The notes under the pieces are model-generated. The model saw only the letters and a list, made by a program, of their open reading frames with translations, made no database searches and was not told the origin of the DNA. This document shows, in pieces, positions 38,812-48,722 of a stretch of 59,929 nucleotides of DNA (the first letter of the stretch is position 1; each line of letters opens with the position of its first letter). This DNA is from Minisyncoccota bacterium. GTDB taxonomy: Bacteria > Patescibacteriota > Minisyncoccia > Phycocordibacterales > UBA9973. The stretch lies in the NCBI GenBank assembly GCA_018061145.1, contig JAGOUR010000005.1:1-59929 (forward strand), given 5' to 3'. Position numbers and translations under genes: made by a program.

Positions 38812-39573
38812 ATGGCTCAAAAACTTATAATTGCTAACTGGAAGATGAATCCTCAAACTCAAAAGGATTCTGACAAGATTTCAAATGAAATCTCAAGTGC
38901 TATTAAAAATTTTAAAAATAGTATTACTGTTATCTGTCCACCATTTCCATTCATATCTAATCTTAAATTAAAAAATAAAAAAATATTTATTGGAGTACAA
39001 AATATTTCCTCTGAATCTGAGGGTGCTTATACTGGCGAAGTATCAGCCAAGATGGCAGGTAGTATCGGGGCCACTTATGCAATCATAGGTCACTCAGAGC
39101 GTCGAGCTATGGGTGAAGACAATGCTCTGGTAAATAAAAAAATACTATTATCCCTAAAGAATAAACTGACCCCAGTTTTGTGTGTAGGGGAGAAAGAGCG
39201 AGACCATAATGGTTTCTATCTGTCTTTTGTAAAAAATCAGATACATGAGTGTCTGTCTTCTGTGTCTAAATCTCAAATAAAAAATATTGTTATTGCCTAT
39301 GAACCAGTGTGGGCCATAGGATCTTCTGCTGTGCGAAATGCTGAAATTCCTGAATTTATTGAAATGAGTATTTTTATTAAAAAAGTTATATCTGATATGT
39401 ACGACATAAAAACTGCACATGGTATGCAAGTGTTGTACGGGGGGTCTGTTCACCCAGAAAATGCATTGTCTTTCTTGGTGGAGGGTAGTGCTGATGGTTT
39501 ATTAGTTGGCCGAGATAGTCTAAATCCAAAAAAGATTGTAAAAATAATATCTATTGCGGATCAAATAAAATAA
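38812..39573 (+). CDS. tpiA: Triosephosphate isomerase
   Basis: ANWKMN, GAYTGEVS, IIGHSERR, IAYEPVWAIG, LYGGSV. Confidence 0.97.
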   Translation: MAQKLIIANWKMNPQTQKDSDKISNEISSAIKNFKNSITVICPPFPFISNLKLKNKKIFIGVQNISSESEGAYTGEVSAKMAGSIGATYAIIGHSERRAMGEDNALVNKKILLSLKNKLTPVLCVGEKERDHNGFYLSFVKNQIHECLSSVSKSQIKNIVIAYEPVWAIGSSAVRNAEIPEFIEMSIFIKKVISDMYDIKTAHGMQVLYGGSVHPENALSFLVEGSADGLLVGRDSLNPKKIVKIISIADQIK

Positions 39574-39574
39574 A

Positions 39575-40699
39575 ATGAAATCAATTAAAGAAATCGAAAG
39601 TTTGAAGGGTAAGAAAGTTCTAGTAAGAGTGGATTTTAATGTGCCAATAAAGAACGGTAAAATAATCGATGACTTTAGGATACAAAAATCATTACCTACT
39701 ATTAACTTTCTTTTAAAAAAGGGAGCAATAGTTATATTGGTGGCTCACGCAGGGGATGATGGTAGTCAGAGCCTAGAATTGATAGCCAAGACTCTAAAGA
39801 AATATGTAAAGGAAGTTGTCTTTATAAAATCTAGTATCTTGTCAGACGAAACTGAAAATATAATAGCAGGATTGAAATCTGGCAGTGTGGTATTGCTCGA
39901 AAATATACGCCGTGAGGTGGGTGAAAAGAAAAATGATGTATCTTTTGCGCGTGGTTTGTCTCGGCTAGGAGATATCTATGTAAATGATGCATTTTCTGTA
40001 TCTCATCGTCCCCATGCATCTATCGTGTCACTACCTAAATTCTTGCCGAGTTTTGCTGGTCTGCAAATGATGGATGAAGTCCAGCATCTTTCTGTTGTAT
40101 TCAATGAGCCAAAGCATCCATTTTTATTTATTCTCGGAGGGGCAAAATTTGAGACAAAATTACCTTTGATTAAAAAATATTTGCCAATAGCCGACTCTCT
40201 GTTTATCGGAGGGGCTCTCGCAGATCAGGTATTTCGAGAGCAGGGGTATGAAGTAGGGCACTCTCTAGTAGAAGAAAAGAATTTTAATCTACCAAAATTA
40301 GTTAAGAATCCAAAAATAATCGTACCTACTGATGTATTGGTTACTGGTAGTGGCAAGCCACATTCAGTATCTGCGAACAAGGTTTCATCAGGAGAGACAA
40401 TTGTCGATTCAGGACCGATGACAATAGTAAAGATGGAAGAGGAAATTTCCAAAGCAAAACTGATCCTATGGAATGGACCACTTGGAAAATTGGAAGATGG
40501 TTTTGATGCCGGAACTAAATCTCTACTCAAAGCAATTGGAAAATCAAAAGCTATATCTATAATCGGTGGAGGGGATACGGTAGAAGTCATATCTAAATTT
40601 AAGATGGAAAAAGATTTTACTTTTGTATCGACCGGTGGCGGTGCTACTCTTGAATTCCTGGCCAAAGGTACACTCCCTGGAATCAAAGCTTTAAAGTAA
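39575..40699 (+). CDS. pgk: Phosphoglycerate kinase
   Basis: VRVDFNVP, LLENIR, YVNDAF, ILGGAK, IGGGDT, STGGGATLE. Confidence 0.97.
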   Translation: MKSIKEIESLKGKKVLVRVDFNVPIKNGKIIDDFRIQKSLPTINFLLKKGAIVILVAHAGDDGSQSLELIAKTLKKYVKEVVFIKSSILSDETENIIAGLKSGSVVLLENIRREVGEKKNDVSFARGLSRLGDIYVNDAFSVSHRPHASIVSLPKFLPSFAGLQMMDEVQHLSVVFNEPKHPFLFILGGAKFETKLPLIKKYLPIADSLFIGGALADQVFREQGYEVGHSLVEEKNFNLPKLVKNPKIIVPTDVLVTGSGKPHSVSANKVSSGETIVDSGPMTIVKMEEEISKAKLILWNGPLGKLEDGFDAGTKSLLKAIGKSKAISIIGGGDTVEVISKFKMEKDFTFVSTGGGATLEFLAKGTLPGIKALK

Positions 40700-40706
40700 T
40701 TATATA

Positions 40707-40740
40707 AAATAAAAAATGCCCTATAGGGCATTTTTTATTT
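40707..40740. terminator. Bidirectional terminator between convergent pgk and HIT genes
   Basis: Perfect 34-bp palindrome AAATAAAAAATGCCCTATAGGGCATTTTTTATTT. Confidence 0.85.
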
Positions 40741-41143
40741 GATCAAAAACTGATGCTATTTCATTTTCGTTGTATTGCTTACCATGCCAATGTTGGAATC
40801 CATCATTTTCATACCTAGGTATAATGTGTACGTGGGTATGAAAAATTACTTGTCCTGCCGCTATGTCATTATTCATGTGAATATTTACTCCGTCAGCCTT
40901 TAATTTTTCTTTGTGAGTGATTGCTATCTTTTTAGCCATGCAAAATATTTTACCAACTACTTCATCTGGAGTCTCATATAAATTTTTAAAGTGATTTTTG
41001 GAAATTACAAGCACATGCCCAATATTTACAGGATGTATGTCTAGGCAAACAAAAACATTCTCATCTTCGTATATTCTAGATGAAGGAATTTCATTGTTTA
41101 TAATCTTGCAAAATATACAGTTTTCCATCGTTTGTTCATTCAT
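40721..41143 (-). CDS. HIT family hydrolase (Hint-like)
   Basis: CIFCKII, DIHPVNIGHVLV, GQVIFHTHVHIIPR. Start inferred from TTGGCA-17-TATAAT-6-ATG. Confidence 0.93.
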   Translation of the reverse strand: MNEQTMENCIFCKIINNEIPSSRIYEDENVFVCLDIHPVNIGHVLVISKNHFKNLYETPDEVVGKIFCMAKKIAITHKEKLKADGVNIHMNNDIAAGQVIFHTHVHIIPRYENDGFQHWHGKQYNENEIASVFDQIKNAL

Positions 41144-41171
41144 AAAGATATTATATGTTACAATTGCTCTT

Positions 41172-42836
41172 ATGCCAAACCATGCTGAACTACTAGAGAT
41201 ACTATTGAAGAACAGAGGAATCAAGACTGAAGATTCTGATAAATTTCTCAATCCAAATTATGAGACTGATATATATGATCCGTATCTACTAAAAGATATG
41301 GAGCGTGCCTGCGTGCGAATATTTGAAGCAGTAGAAGCAAAAGAAAAAATAGTCGTTTACAGTGATTATGATTGCGATGGTATCCCTGCTGCTGTGATAA
41401 TGCACGATTTTTTTACAAAGATCGGATATGAGAATTTTCTAGTATATATACCAGACAGACACCTCGAAGGGTATGGTTTAAACAAAGAAGCTGTAGATGA
41501 ATTTATAAAGACAGAGGTAAAACTCGTGATTACTTTTGACCTAGGGATCACAGCAGTTGAAGAAGTAGCTACTGCTACGGCCAATGGTATAGATGTGATC
41601 ATAACAGACCACCACCTGCCTCATGAGCACATACCAAAGGCCTATGCGATTATCAATCCAAAACAGAGTGACTGTAGCTATCCAGATGATATGCTCTGCG
41701 GGGCAGGACTCGCATTCAAGCTCGTACAAGGATTAATAAAAAAATACGGAGAGTATTGGAGTATTCAAAATGGCTGGGAGAAATGGTTGCTCGATATGGC
41801 AGGACTCGCTACTATTGCTGATCAAGTGCCACTGCTGCATGAGAATAGGGTGCTGGCATATTATGGATTAAAAGTACTACAAAAAGCCCGAAGGCCAGGC
41901 CTCGCTGAATTGCTAAAGAAGGCAAATGTAGACCCAAAAAATATTATTGAAGATGATGTCGGTTTTACTATCGCACCAAAGCTCAATGCTGCCAGTCGCA
42001 TGGATAGTCCGATGCGTGCCTTCGAACTACTTTCAACTACAGATCTAGTTCAAGCAAAAACTCTAGCAACGCATTTAGATAAAATAAATACAGAGAGAAA
42101 GACTATCGTTGCGCATATTATGAAAGATGTGAAGCATAAAATGTCTGCCCGTGAAGAAAAAGAAATAATAGTAATTGGTAATCCTGATTGGCGAGTAGGA
42201 GTGCTCGGTCTCGTGGCCTCAAAGATCGCTGAAGAATACAAGAAGCCAGTCTTTGTCTGGGGACAAGAGGGTAGTGATACTATCCGTGGGTCTTGTCGTA
42301 CATGGGGGTCTGTAAATGTTGTCGAGCTGATGACAGGGCTACCTGATAATAGTCTGCTTGAATATGGTGGTCACGTGGGTGCAGGGGGATTTGCTGTCTC
42401 TCACACAGAGGTTCATTTCCTTGAAGAGAGATTAAATATTGTACACTCAAATATTATTTCAAATAAAACAGAAGGGGCAGAAGAAAATAATAATTCTTAT
42501 ATGATAGATGCATCAATCACACTCGATGATGTAAATAATGAGAATTATAAAATCATAGAAAAGATGGCACCGTTTGGGATGGGTAATCCAAAGCCAATTT
42601 TCAAATTTGAAAATATTCAAATCGCTGGATTAAAAGAATTTGGAAAAGAAAAAAATCATCTTGAACTTGTATTTTTAGATTCAAGACGACGAACAATTAA
42701 AGCTATCGCATTCTTTAAAACTCGCGAGACTTTTAAATTAAATGATGGGGATAGAATAAATCTCCTAGCTACCTTTGAAAAAAGCTTTTTTGCAGGGCGC
42801 ACAGAACTCCGTCTGCGTATTGTTGATATAGTTTAA
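41172..42836 (+). CDS. recJ: Single-stranded DNA exonuclease RecJ
   Basis: YSDYDCDG, DRHLEGYG, ITDHH, LCGAG, APKLNAASRM, GGHVGAGG, APFGMGNP. Confidence 0.95.
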   Translation: MPNHAELLEILLKNRGIKTEDSDKFLNPNYETDIYDPYLLKDMERACVRIFEAVEAKEKIVVYSDYDCDGIPAAVIMHDFFTKIGYENFLVYIPDRHLEGYGLNKEAVDEFIKTEVKLVITFDLGITAVEEVATATANGIDVIITDHHLPHEHIPKAYAIINPKQSDCSYPDDMLCGAGLAFKLVQGLIKKYGEYWSIQNGWEKWLLDMAGLATIADQVPLLHENRVLAYYGLKVLQKARRPGLAELLKKANVDPKNIIEDDVGFTIAPKLNAASRMDSPMRAFELLSTTDLVQAKTLATHLDKINTERKTIVAHIMKDVKHKMSAREEKEIIVIGNPDWRVGVLGLVASKIAEEYKKPVFVWGQEGSDTIRGSCRTWGSVNVVELMTGLPDNSLLEYGGHVGAGGFAVSHTEVHFLEERLNIVHSNIISNKTEGAEENNNSYMIDASITLDDVNNENYKIIEKMAPFGMGNPKPIFKFENIQIAGLKEFGKEKNHLELVFLDSRRRTIKAIAFFKTRETFKLNDGDRINLLATFEKSFFAGRTELRLRIVDIV

Positions 42837-42866
42837 TTGTGAGTATATTTCTGATACAATGCAATT

Positions 42867-43334
42867 ATGAAAAAAATTGATGTATATACAGACGGATCCT
42901 CACTAGGGAATCCTGGTCCTGGGGGGTATGGAGCTGTCATGGTGGAAGGGGATAAAATTGTATACGAGCTAGGTGGCTATGAAAAAGCTACTACTAACAA
43001 CAGAATGGAATTGAAAGGTGTGATTGAGACACTACACTATTTATCTAGTTTGAAAAGTTTCCCTGAGGTGAATATCTGTGCTGATTCCGCCTATGTACTA
43101 GGAGGGGTGAATTCTTGGGTTGCTAACTGGGAGCGCAATGGATGGAAGACAGCCAATAAAAAACCAGTCCTAAACCAGGATCTTTGGCAGGAGCTCATCG
43201 GCCTCGTACGAGGATATCAGGGAAAGCTTTCTTGGGAGAAAGTAAAAGGCCACAGTGGTCATATCTACAATGAACGCGCTGATCAAATAGCTACAAGTTT
43301 TTCAAGTACTGGCAAATGCGACTTAATAAAATAA
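42867..43334 (+). CDS. rnhA: Ribonuclease HI
   Basis: YTDGSSLGNPGPGGYG, TTNNRMEL, DSAYV, VKGHSG..NERADQIA. Confidence 0.96.
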   Translation: MKKIDVYTDGSSLGNPGPGGYGAVMVEGDKIVYELGGYEKATTNNRMELKGVIETLHYLSSLKSFPEVNICADSAYVLGGVNSWVANWERNGWKTANKKPVLNQDLWQELIGLVRGYQGKLSWEKVKGHSGHIYNERADQIATSFSSTGKCDLIK

Positions 43335-43410
43335 AAAGTAAATGTTTTGTGCGATGGCATAAAACATTTACTTTTTAGTAATCATTAAATTGGGTGGGTA
43401 AAGATACTTT

Positions 43411-44706
43411 ATGCCTAAAAAAGAAATTTTAATTATTGGAATTCTTTTGATGATTGGAATCATACGCTTTTTGTATTTTATACCTACTCCACCGAGTGGG
43501 TATTTTGATAGTGTAGGCAAGAAAGTTGAATTTCATGGAACGGTTGTAGATTTGCCAGATATGCGAACAAGTAATCAGAGGCTGATAGTAAAACCAAAAA
43601 GTTCAGAGACTAATATTTTGGTCGTAGCTCCAAATGATATTGACATAGAATACGGCGATGAAATATATGTTACAGGCAAACTTGAGACCCCAGAGAATTT
43701 TATCACCAATACAGGCAAGGAATTTAATTATGAGAGATATTTATCAAATAGAGATATTTATTTTATTGTGCAGTATGCACAGGTGGATGTGTTGTCACAC
43801 GACAATGGGTCTGTTGTAAAAAAATATTTATTTAAATTAAAAAAATCTTTTATGCAAAATATCAATCTTGCAATTAAAAGTCCGGAGAGCGATCTGGCTG
43901 GGGGCCTGCTTCTAGGCACAAAAGGGGACTTTGATGAGACTACTCGTAATGAATTTGTGACTACGGGCACGATACATATCATAGCTTTGTCCGGTTACAA
44001 TATCACTATCGTTGCTTCGTCGGTTATTCATTTATTCAATTTATTTTTTAGGAAAATTGTATCTACTGGATTAGGAGCCATAACAATAATATTATTTATA
44101 ATTATGGCTGGTAGTGGTGCGTCCGCTGTACGTTCTGGGGTGATGGCTTGTATCGCACTACTCGGACGTGCGCACGGCAGAGAGTACGATGCAGGTAGGG
44201 CATTGGTGGTGGCGGGTCTAGTAATGTTTGCTTATGACCCACGAATAATTACAGATATATCATTTCAGCTTTCATTCTTGGCTACTTTTGGGATACTCTA
44301 TATCACTCCACGTGTAATATCTTGGGTGTATTTTATCCCAGCGAGATTTGGCTTGCGGGAGATAGCGGGGACTACGATATCAGCACAGATCGCAGTGCTT
44401 CCATTGCTATTGTATGGCACAGGAGTTTTTTCCTTTGTGTCTTTTCCTGCGAATATTTTAATTTTACCTTTTATTCCGATTACAATGCTCGCTTCTTTTG
44501 TCTCTGGATTTGCTGGTTTTGTGAGTTTAGACTTTGCAATTTTATTTGGATATATAGCTTACATACCGCTTTATTATATTTTGAAAATTATTCACGTTTT
44601 CGCTTCTATCCCGCTAGCGAGTATCATAATTCATAATTTTTCAATTTGGATAACAATATTGTCCTATCTAATTATAGGATGGTGGATTTTTCGGCCCCAA
44701 AAATAG
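43411..44706 (+). CDS. comEC: ComEC/Rec2 competence DNA-uptake channel (no MBL domain)
   Basis: OB-like N-terminal domain, TGTIHIIALSGYNI, AVRSGVM, SFQLSFLAT, ANILILP. Confidence 0.92.
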   Translation: MPKKEILIIGILLMIGIIRFLYFIPTPPSGYFDSVGKKVEFHGTVVDLPDMRTSNQRLIVKPKSSETNILVVAPNDIDIEYGDEIYVTGKLETPENFITNTGKEFNYERYLSNRDIYFIVQYAQVDVLSHDNGSVVKKYLFKLKKSFMQNINLAIKSPESDLAGGLLLGTKGDFDETTRNEFVTTGTIHIIALSGYNITIVASSVIHLFNLFFRKIVSTGLGAITIILFIIMAGSGASAVRSGVMACIALLGRAHGREYDAGRALVVAGLVMFAYDPRIITDISFQLSFLATFGILYITPRVISWVYFIPARFGLREIAGTTISAQIAVLPLLLYGTGVFSFVSFPANILILPFIPITMLASFVSGFAGFVSLDFAILFGYIAYIPLYYILKIIHVFASIPLASIIIHNFSIWITILSYLIIGWWIFRPQK

Positions 44707-44724
44707 TTGTGCTATAATGCCTTT

Positions 44725-46581
44725 ATGATTCTAAACATTATTTCTAAAGTCCGAGGATGGACCCCTTTTGTCGCATTGGGGGCGCTCTTGCTGGTGCTTG
44801 TTTCTTATATTTTTAAAATAAATTTATTCGCCGAACAGTTATCTCTAGTCGTGTTGTGTATTTTTTCTGTTCCACTCTGGTATGAGATAATCTCGAATAT
44901 TGTACGTCGTAATTTTGGGGTGGATCTGGTCGCGGGGCTCGCTCTGGCTACATCACTTGTCTTTGGTGAATATTTACCAGGAGTGATAGTCCTTTTGATG
45001 TTATCAGGAGGTGAGGCACTAGAATCATACGCCATGAATCGTGCACGTCGTGCATTGTCTGATCTTTTGAATTTGATTCCACAAAAGACTCACGTTAAAA
45101 AAGAAAATGGTGTGATCGACGTAGATAGTAATGAAATAAAAATTAATGATCTTATCATCGTAAAAGCAGGAGAGATTGTACCCGCTGATGGTGTCGTTGA
45201 ACATGGAGAATCATACATTGATGAGTCTGTTATGACGGGTGAATCTGTGCCTGTTAAAAAAGAAACAGGCAGTGTCGTTCTGGCTGGTACAAAAAATACT
45301 GATTCTGCTATTGAGGTTCGTGTCACAAAAGAACTGGCTGATTCTAGGCTTCAGACGATAATCAATATGGTCCGCCAGGCTGAGGAGAACAAGGCCCCAT
45401 TTGTGCGTATGGCCGATCAGTATAGTGTTTATTTTACTATTTTTACTATTGTTATGGCAGGACTCGCATATTACTTTGGTGGGCCAATTCGAATGCTTGC
45501 CGTACTAGTGGTAGCAACACCGTGCCCATTGATACTAGCTACTCCTATTGCATTTATGTCTGGCATGAGTCGGGCCTCTCGTGCGGGTATAATCGTAAAA
45601 AATGGTGGAGCACTAGAATTATTATCACGTATTGATATGTGTGTCTTTGATAAGACTGGTACTATCACTATGGGTGTGCCGGCTATTCATGAGGTAAAGT
45701 CACTCTCAGGTATTTCATCCGACGAGATTATAAAAATATCTGCGTCATTAGACCAGCTGTCTGTGCACATCTTTGCAAGAGCCCTAGTGGATCATGCACA
45801 TGCTAATATTAATACTCATAAATTAATTTACCCAAATGATTTCAAGGAAGTATTCGGTGATGGGGTAGAGGGTTTGATTAATGGTGAAAAATATTATTTT
45901 GGTAAATTGGCATATTTGGTAAAAAATGGAATAAAAGTATCAGATGAATTAAATAAAGAATATATAAAAATTAGAAATGAAGGAGTAATCCCCGTGTATT
46001 TAGGTAAAGGAGGGGAACTATTAGGGGTGGTTGCTTTTCGAGATGAAGTCCGACCCGAGGCTCGAAAGGTATTTTCTGACCTGTCTACTCTCGGGGTAAA
46101 GCGATTTATGCTACTTTCTGGAGATAAAGAAAATGTTGCATCAGCTATTGCTTCTGATATGAAGATAAATGAATACAAAGCAGAGTGTCTTCCTGATGAG
46201 AAATTGATTGTGATTCGAGATCTTCAAAAGAGTGGTTTGAAGATAGCGATGATAGGTGACGGGGTAAACGACGCCCCAGCATTGGCTCAGTCTGATGCTG
46301 GTATTGCGCTGGGGTCTCATGGGGCTACTGCTGCATCAGAGAGTGCAGACATAGTCATAGTTTCTGGATCCATAGAAAAAGTGCCCGAAGCTTACAAAAT
46401 AGCTAGTCGTACTGTAAGGGTGGCTCGAGAAGGAATATTAATAGGTATAGGAATGTCTGTTGTGTGTATGTTCTTTTCTCTTGCTGGGTATCTGGAGCCT
46501 CTGTATGGGGCATTGATCCAAGAGGGTATAGATATAATCGTTATCCTCTATGCACTACGTGCAGGGCGTGATATTATATAG
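44725..46581 (+). CDS. Heavy-metal P1B-type ATPase (PCP/QEGID signature)
   Basis: TGES, ATPCPLILATP, DKTGT, SVH, GDGVNDAPAL, QEGID. No N-terminal metal-binding domain. Confidence 0.92.
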   Translation: MILNIISKVRGWTPFVALGALLLVLVSYIFKINLFAEQLSLVVLCIFSVPLWYEIISNIVRRNFGVDLVAGLALATSLVFGEYLPGVIVLLMLSGGEALESYAMNRARRALSDLLNLIPQKTHVKKENGVIDVDSNEIKINDLIIVKAGEIVPADGVVEHGESYIDESVMTGESVPVKKETGSVVLAGTKNTDSAIEVRVTKELADSRLQTIINMVRQAEENKAPFVRMADQYSVYFTIFTIVMAGLAYYFGGPIRMLAVLVVATPCPLILATPIAFMSGMSRASRAGIIVKNGGALELLSRIDMCVFDKTGTITMGVPAIHEVKSLSGISSDEIIKISASLDQLSVHIFARALVDHAHANINTHKLIYPNDFKEVFGDGVEGLINGEKYYFGKLAYLVKNGIKVSDELNKEYIKIRNEGVIPVYLGKGGELLGVVAFRDEVRPEARKVFSDLSTLGVKRFMLLSGDKENVASAIASDMKINEYKAECLPDEKLIVIRDLQKSGLKIAMIGDGVNDAPALAQSDAGIALGSHGATAASESADIVIVSGSIEKVPEAYKIASRTVRVAREGILIGIGMSVVCMFFSLAGYLEPLYGALIQEGIDIIVILYALRAGRDII

Positions 46582-46813
46582 ATATGGATACAATTTTTTC
46601 AAAAGTTTTACTCAAGATTAGCACTATCGGATATCTTTATTTTGCGATATTGGTTTTGATAGATATTATTTTGTGGAAGATACACCCAGTTCTCGGAATA
46701 TTGGGTGTCGCATTTACATTTGCTTTGTTGCTTGGATTTATCTAATTCCAAAATTACAGGGAAAATGCTACTATAATAAATATAGTAGCATTTTAATTTT
46801 AACTTTTAAGAAA

Positions 46814-47206
46814 ATGAAAAATATAAATACAATAATAACTTCTTTGTTGATTATCGGTGTGGTGTGTGGGGTGGGTTACTTTTTTATTAATAAAAATAAA
46901 AATATGGAAAAAATTGCAAAAAATGGTGATGTGTTGGTTATGAATTATACTGGATCTCTACAGGATGGAACTGTATTTGATTCAAATGTGGATCCAAGAT
47001 TTAATCATGTGGAGACTTTTGAGTTTAAGCTAGGTGCAGGTATGGTCATAGCAGGGTGGGATGAGGGTCTTGTCGGAATGAAAGTGGGGGAAAAGAAGAC
47101 TCTAACTATAGCACCAGAAAAGGCATACGGAGAAAACGGTGTACCCGGAATAATACCTCCAAATTCAACTCTAATATTTGAAGTAGAATTAGTTAATATA
47201 AAATAA
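46814..47206 (+). CDS. FKBP-type peptidyl-prolyl isomerase, membrane anchored
   Basis: YTGSLQDGTVFDS, VIAGWDEG, PEKAYG, IPPNSTLIFEVEL. Confidence 0.93.
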   Translation: MKNINTIITSLLIIGVVCGVGYFFINKNKNMEKIAKNGDVLVMNYTGSLQDGTVFDSNVDPRFNHVETFEFKLGAGMVIAGWDEGLVGMKVGEKKTLTIAPEKAYGENGVPGIIPPNSTLIFEVELVNIK

Positions 47207-47211
47207 ATTAA

Positions 47212-48714
47212 ATGGATCAAGATAAAATAAATAAAATTAAAAATATTATTAGTATTTTTTTGAGTAAAAAAAGATATTGGATGAGTGCAATAATAATCGT
47301 ACTTATCGCTCTTTCTTTTTTACTAAAAGATCCTACAAAGGGTATAGTCGTGGTAACTGTTGAAAACAAGACACTGACTCAGACCGTGCTCGCAACGGGG
47401 CAGGTGACTTCTAGTGTTGACCTGGGTTTATCTTTTAATAGTAATGGCAATGTGTCTTCTGTAAAGGTAAAGGTGGGAGACAAGGTGAAAAAAGGTGATA
47501 TTATTGCGACTCTAGAGCAGGGGTCTGTGGGTGCAGCGCTCACTTCTGCTAGGGGTTCTGTGGCTGCTGCAGAAGCGCGATATAAAAAGATCGTTGACGG
47601 TTATTCAAATGAGGAAATCGCGATAGCACAAATAAATCTTGAGAATACAAAAGCTACCCAAGAAGTTCTAGTAAGAAATGCCCTCAATAATTTATTGAGT
47701 TCATATCCAGAAGCAATACCAGTTGATTCTTCCAAAGATTATGTAGCACCTGTTATCTCTGGAAGTTATATTTTGGGTAAAGAAGGAACAATTAATTTGA
47801 AAGTTTATAATTCTTCAAATGGTAAGAGTTTTGATGTTTCTGGACTTACTACTGGATTTGGGCCTTTGAATGATGATGTAGCTTTGCCTATTGGGAATTC
47901 TGGTTTGTATATAAAACTACCAACTACTGGTACTGTAGAGAGCGCTGATTGGAAGATAGAGATACCAAATAAGAAGGCTTCAAATTATTTATCTAATTAT
48001 AATGCTTATCAATCTGCCCTGCAGACAAAGTCGGCTACTGTGTCATCTGCCGAAGCAGAGCTTGCTCTTAAGAAAGCTGTTGCTCGACCTGCTGACGTAG
48101 CGCTGGCGGAGGCTGATATACTACAGGCGAAAGGGACCCTTGAACAAGCTCAGGCAAATTATGAGAATACTATAATCCGGGCCCCAGCTGATGGTACGAT
48201 TACTTCTATCGATGTAAAAGTAGGCGAGCTGGCGACTGCTTCAAAGCAGGTTGTTATGTTGCAGGATGTAAGTAATCTTTATGTAAAGACAAAGATAAAT
48301 GAATCAAATATCGCAATTGTCGCTGTTGGTCAAAATGTGGCGGTGTCGTTTGATGCATTCCCAGGAGAATTCACTGGTAACGTGGTCCAGGTGGACCCTG
48401 CCGCAAAGATAGAAGACGGTATCGTAAACTATGAAATTAAAATTTCTATTAATGAAAAAAATGATACTATTCGTCCAGGCATGAATGCCGATGTAAGGAT
48501 TAATGCAGGGGAGAAGTCTAACGTGATGACCGTAGCAAAGGCTGGAGTAAAGAAAGACGATACGGGTAGTTATGTTGATCTAGTTATAAACAAGAAAAAT
48601 AAAAAATCAGTAAAGAAAAATGTAGTGACTGGGATGTCTGGTGATGGTGGTTTGATTGAGATACAGAGTGGGCTTGTCGCAGGTGATGAGATTATACTAT
48701 CTCGACCTGAATAA
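47212..48714 (+). CDS. Efflux membrane fusion / periplasmic adaptor protein (MacA-like)
   Basis: G.VSSVKVKVGDKVKKGD lipoyl half-motif, coiled coil, IRAPADGTI, IRPGMNA. Confidence 0.85.
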   Translation: MDQDKINKIKNIISIFLSKKRYWMSAIIIVLIALSFLLKDPTKGIVVVTVENKTLTQTVLATGQVTSSVDLGLSFNSNGNVSSVKVKVGDKVKKGDIIATLEQGSVGAALTSARGSVAAAEARYKKIVDGYSNEEIAIAQINLENTKATQEVLVRNALNNLLSSYPEAIPVDSSKDYVAPVISGSYILGKEGTINLKVYNSSNGKSFDVSGLTTGFGPLNDDVALPIGNSGLYIKLPTTGTVESADWKIEIPNKKASNYLSNYNAYQSALQTKSATVSSAEAELALKKAVARPADVALAEADILQAKGTLEQAQANYENTIIRAPADGTITSIDVKVGELATASKQVVMLQDVSNLYVKTKINESNIAIVAVGQNVAVSFDAFPGEFTGNVVQVDPAAKIEDGIVNYEIKISINEKNDTIRPGMNADVRINAGEKSNVMTVAKAGVKKDDTGSYVDLVINKKNKKSVKKNVVTGMSGDGGLIEIQSGLVAGDEIILSRPE

Positions 48715-48722
48715 TTTATTAA

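Noticed and set aside
40998-41171. Long N-terminal extension of RecJ, and of HIT to 41251
   Set aside because: Each overlaps the divergent gene. Promoter-start spacing supports 41172 and 41143.
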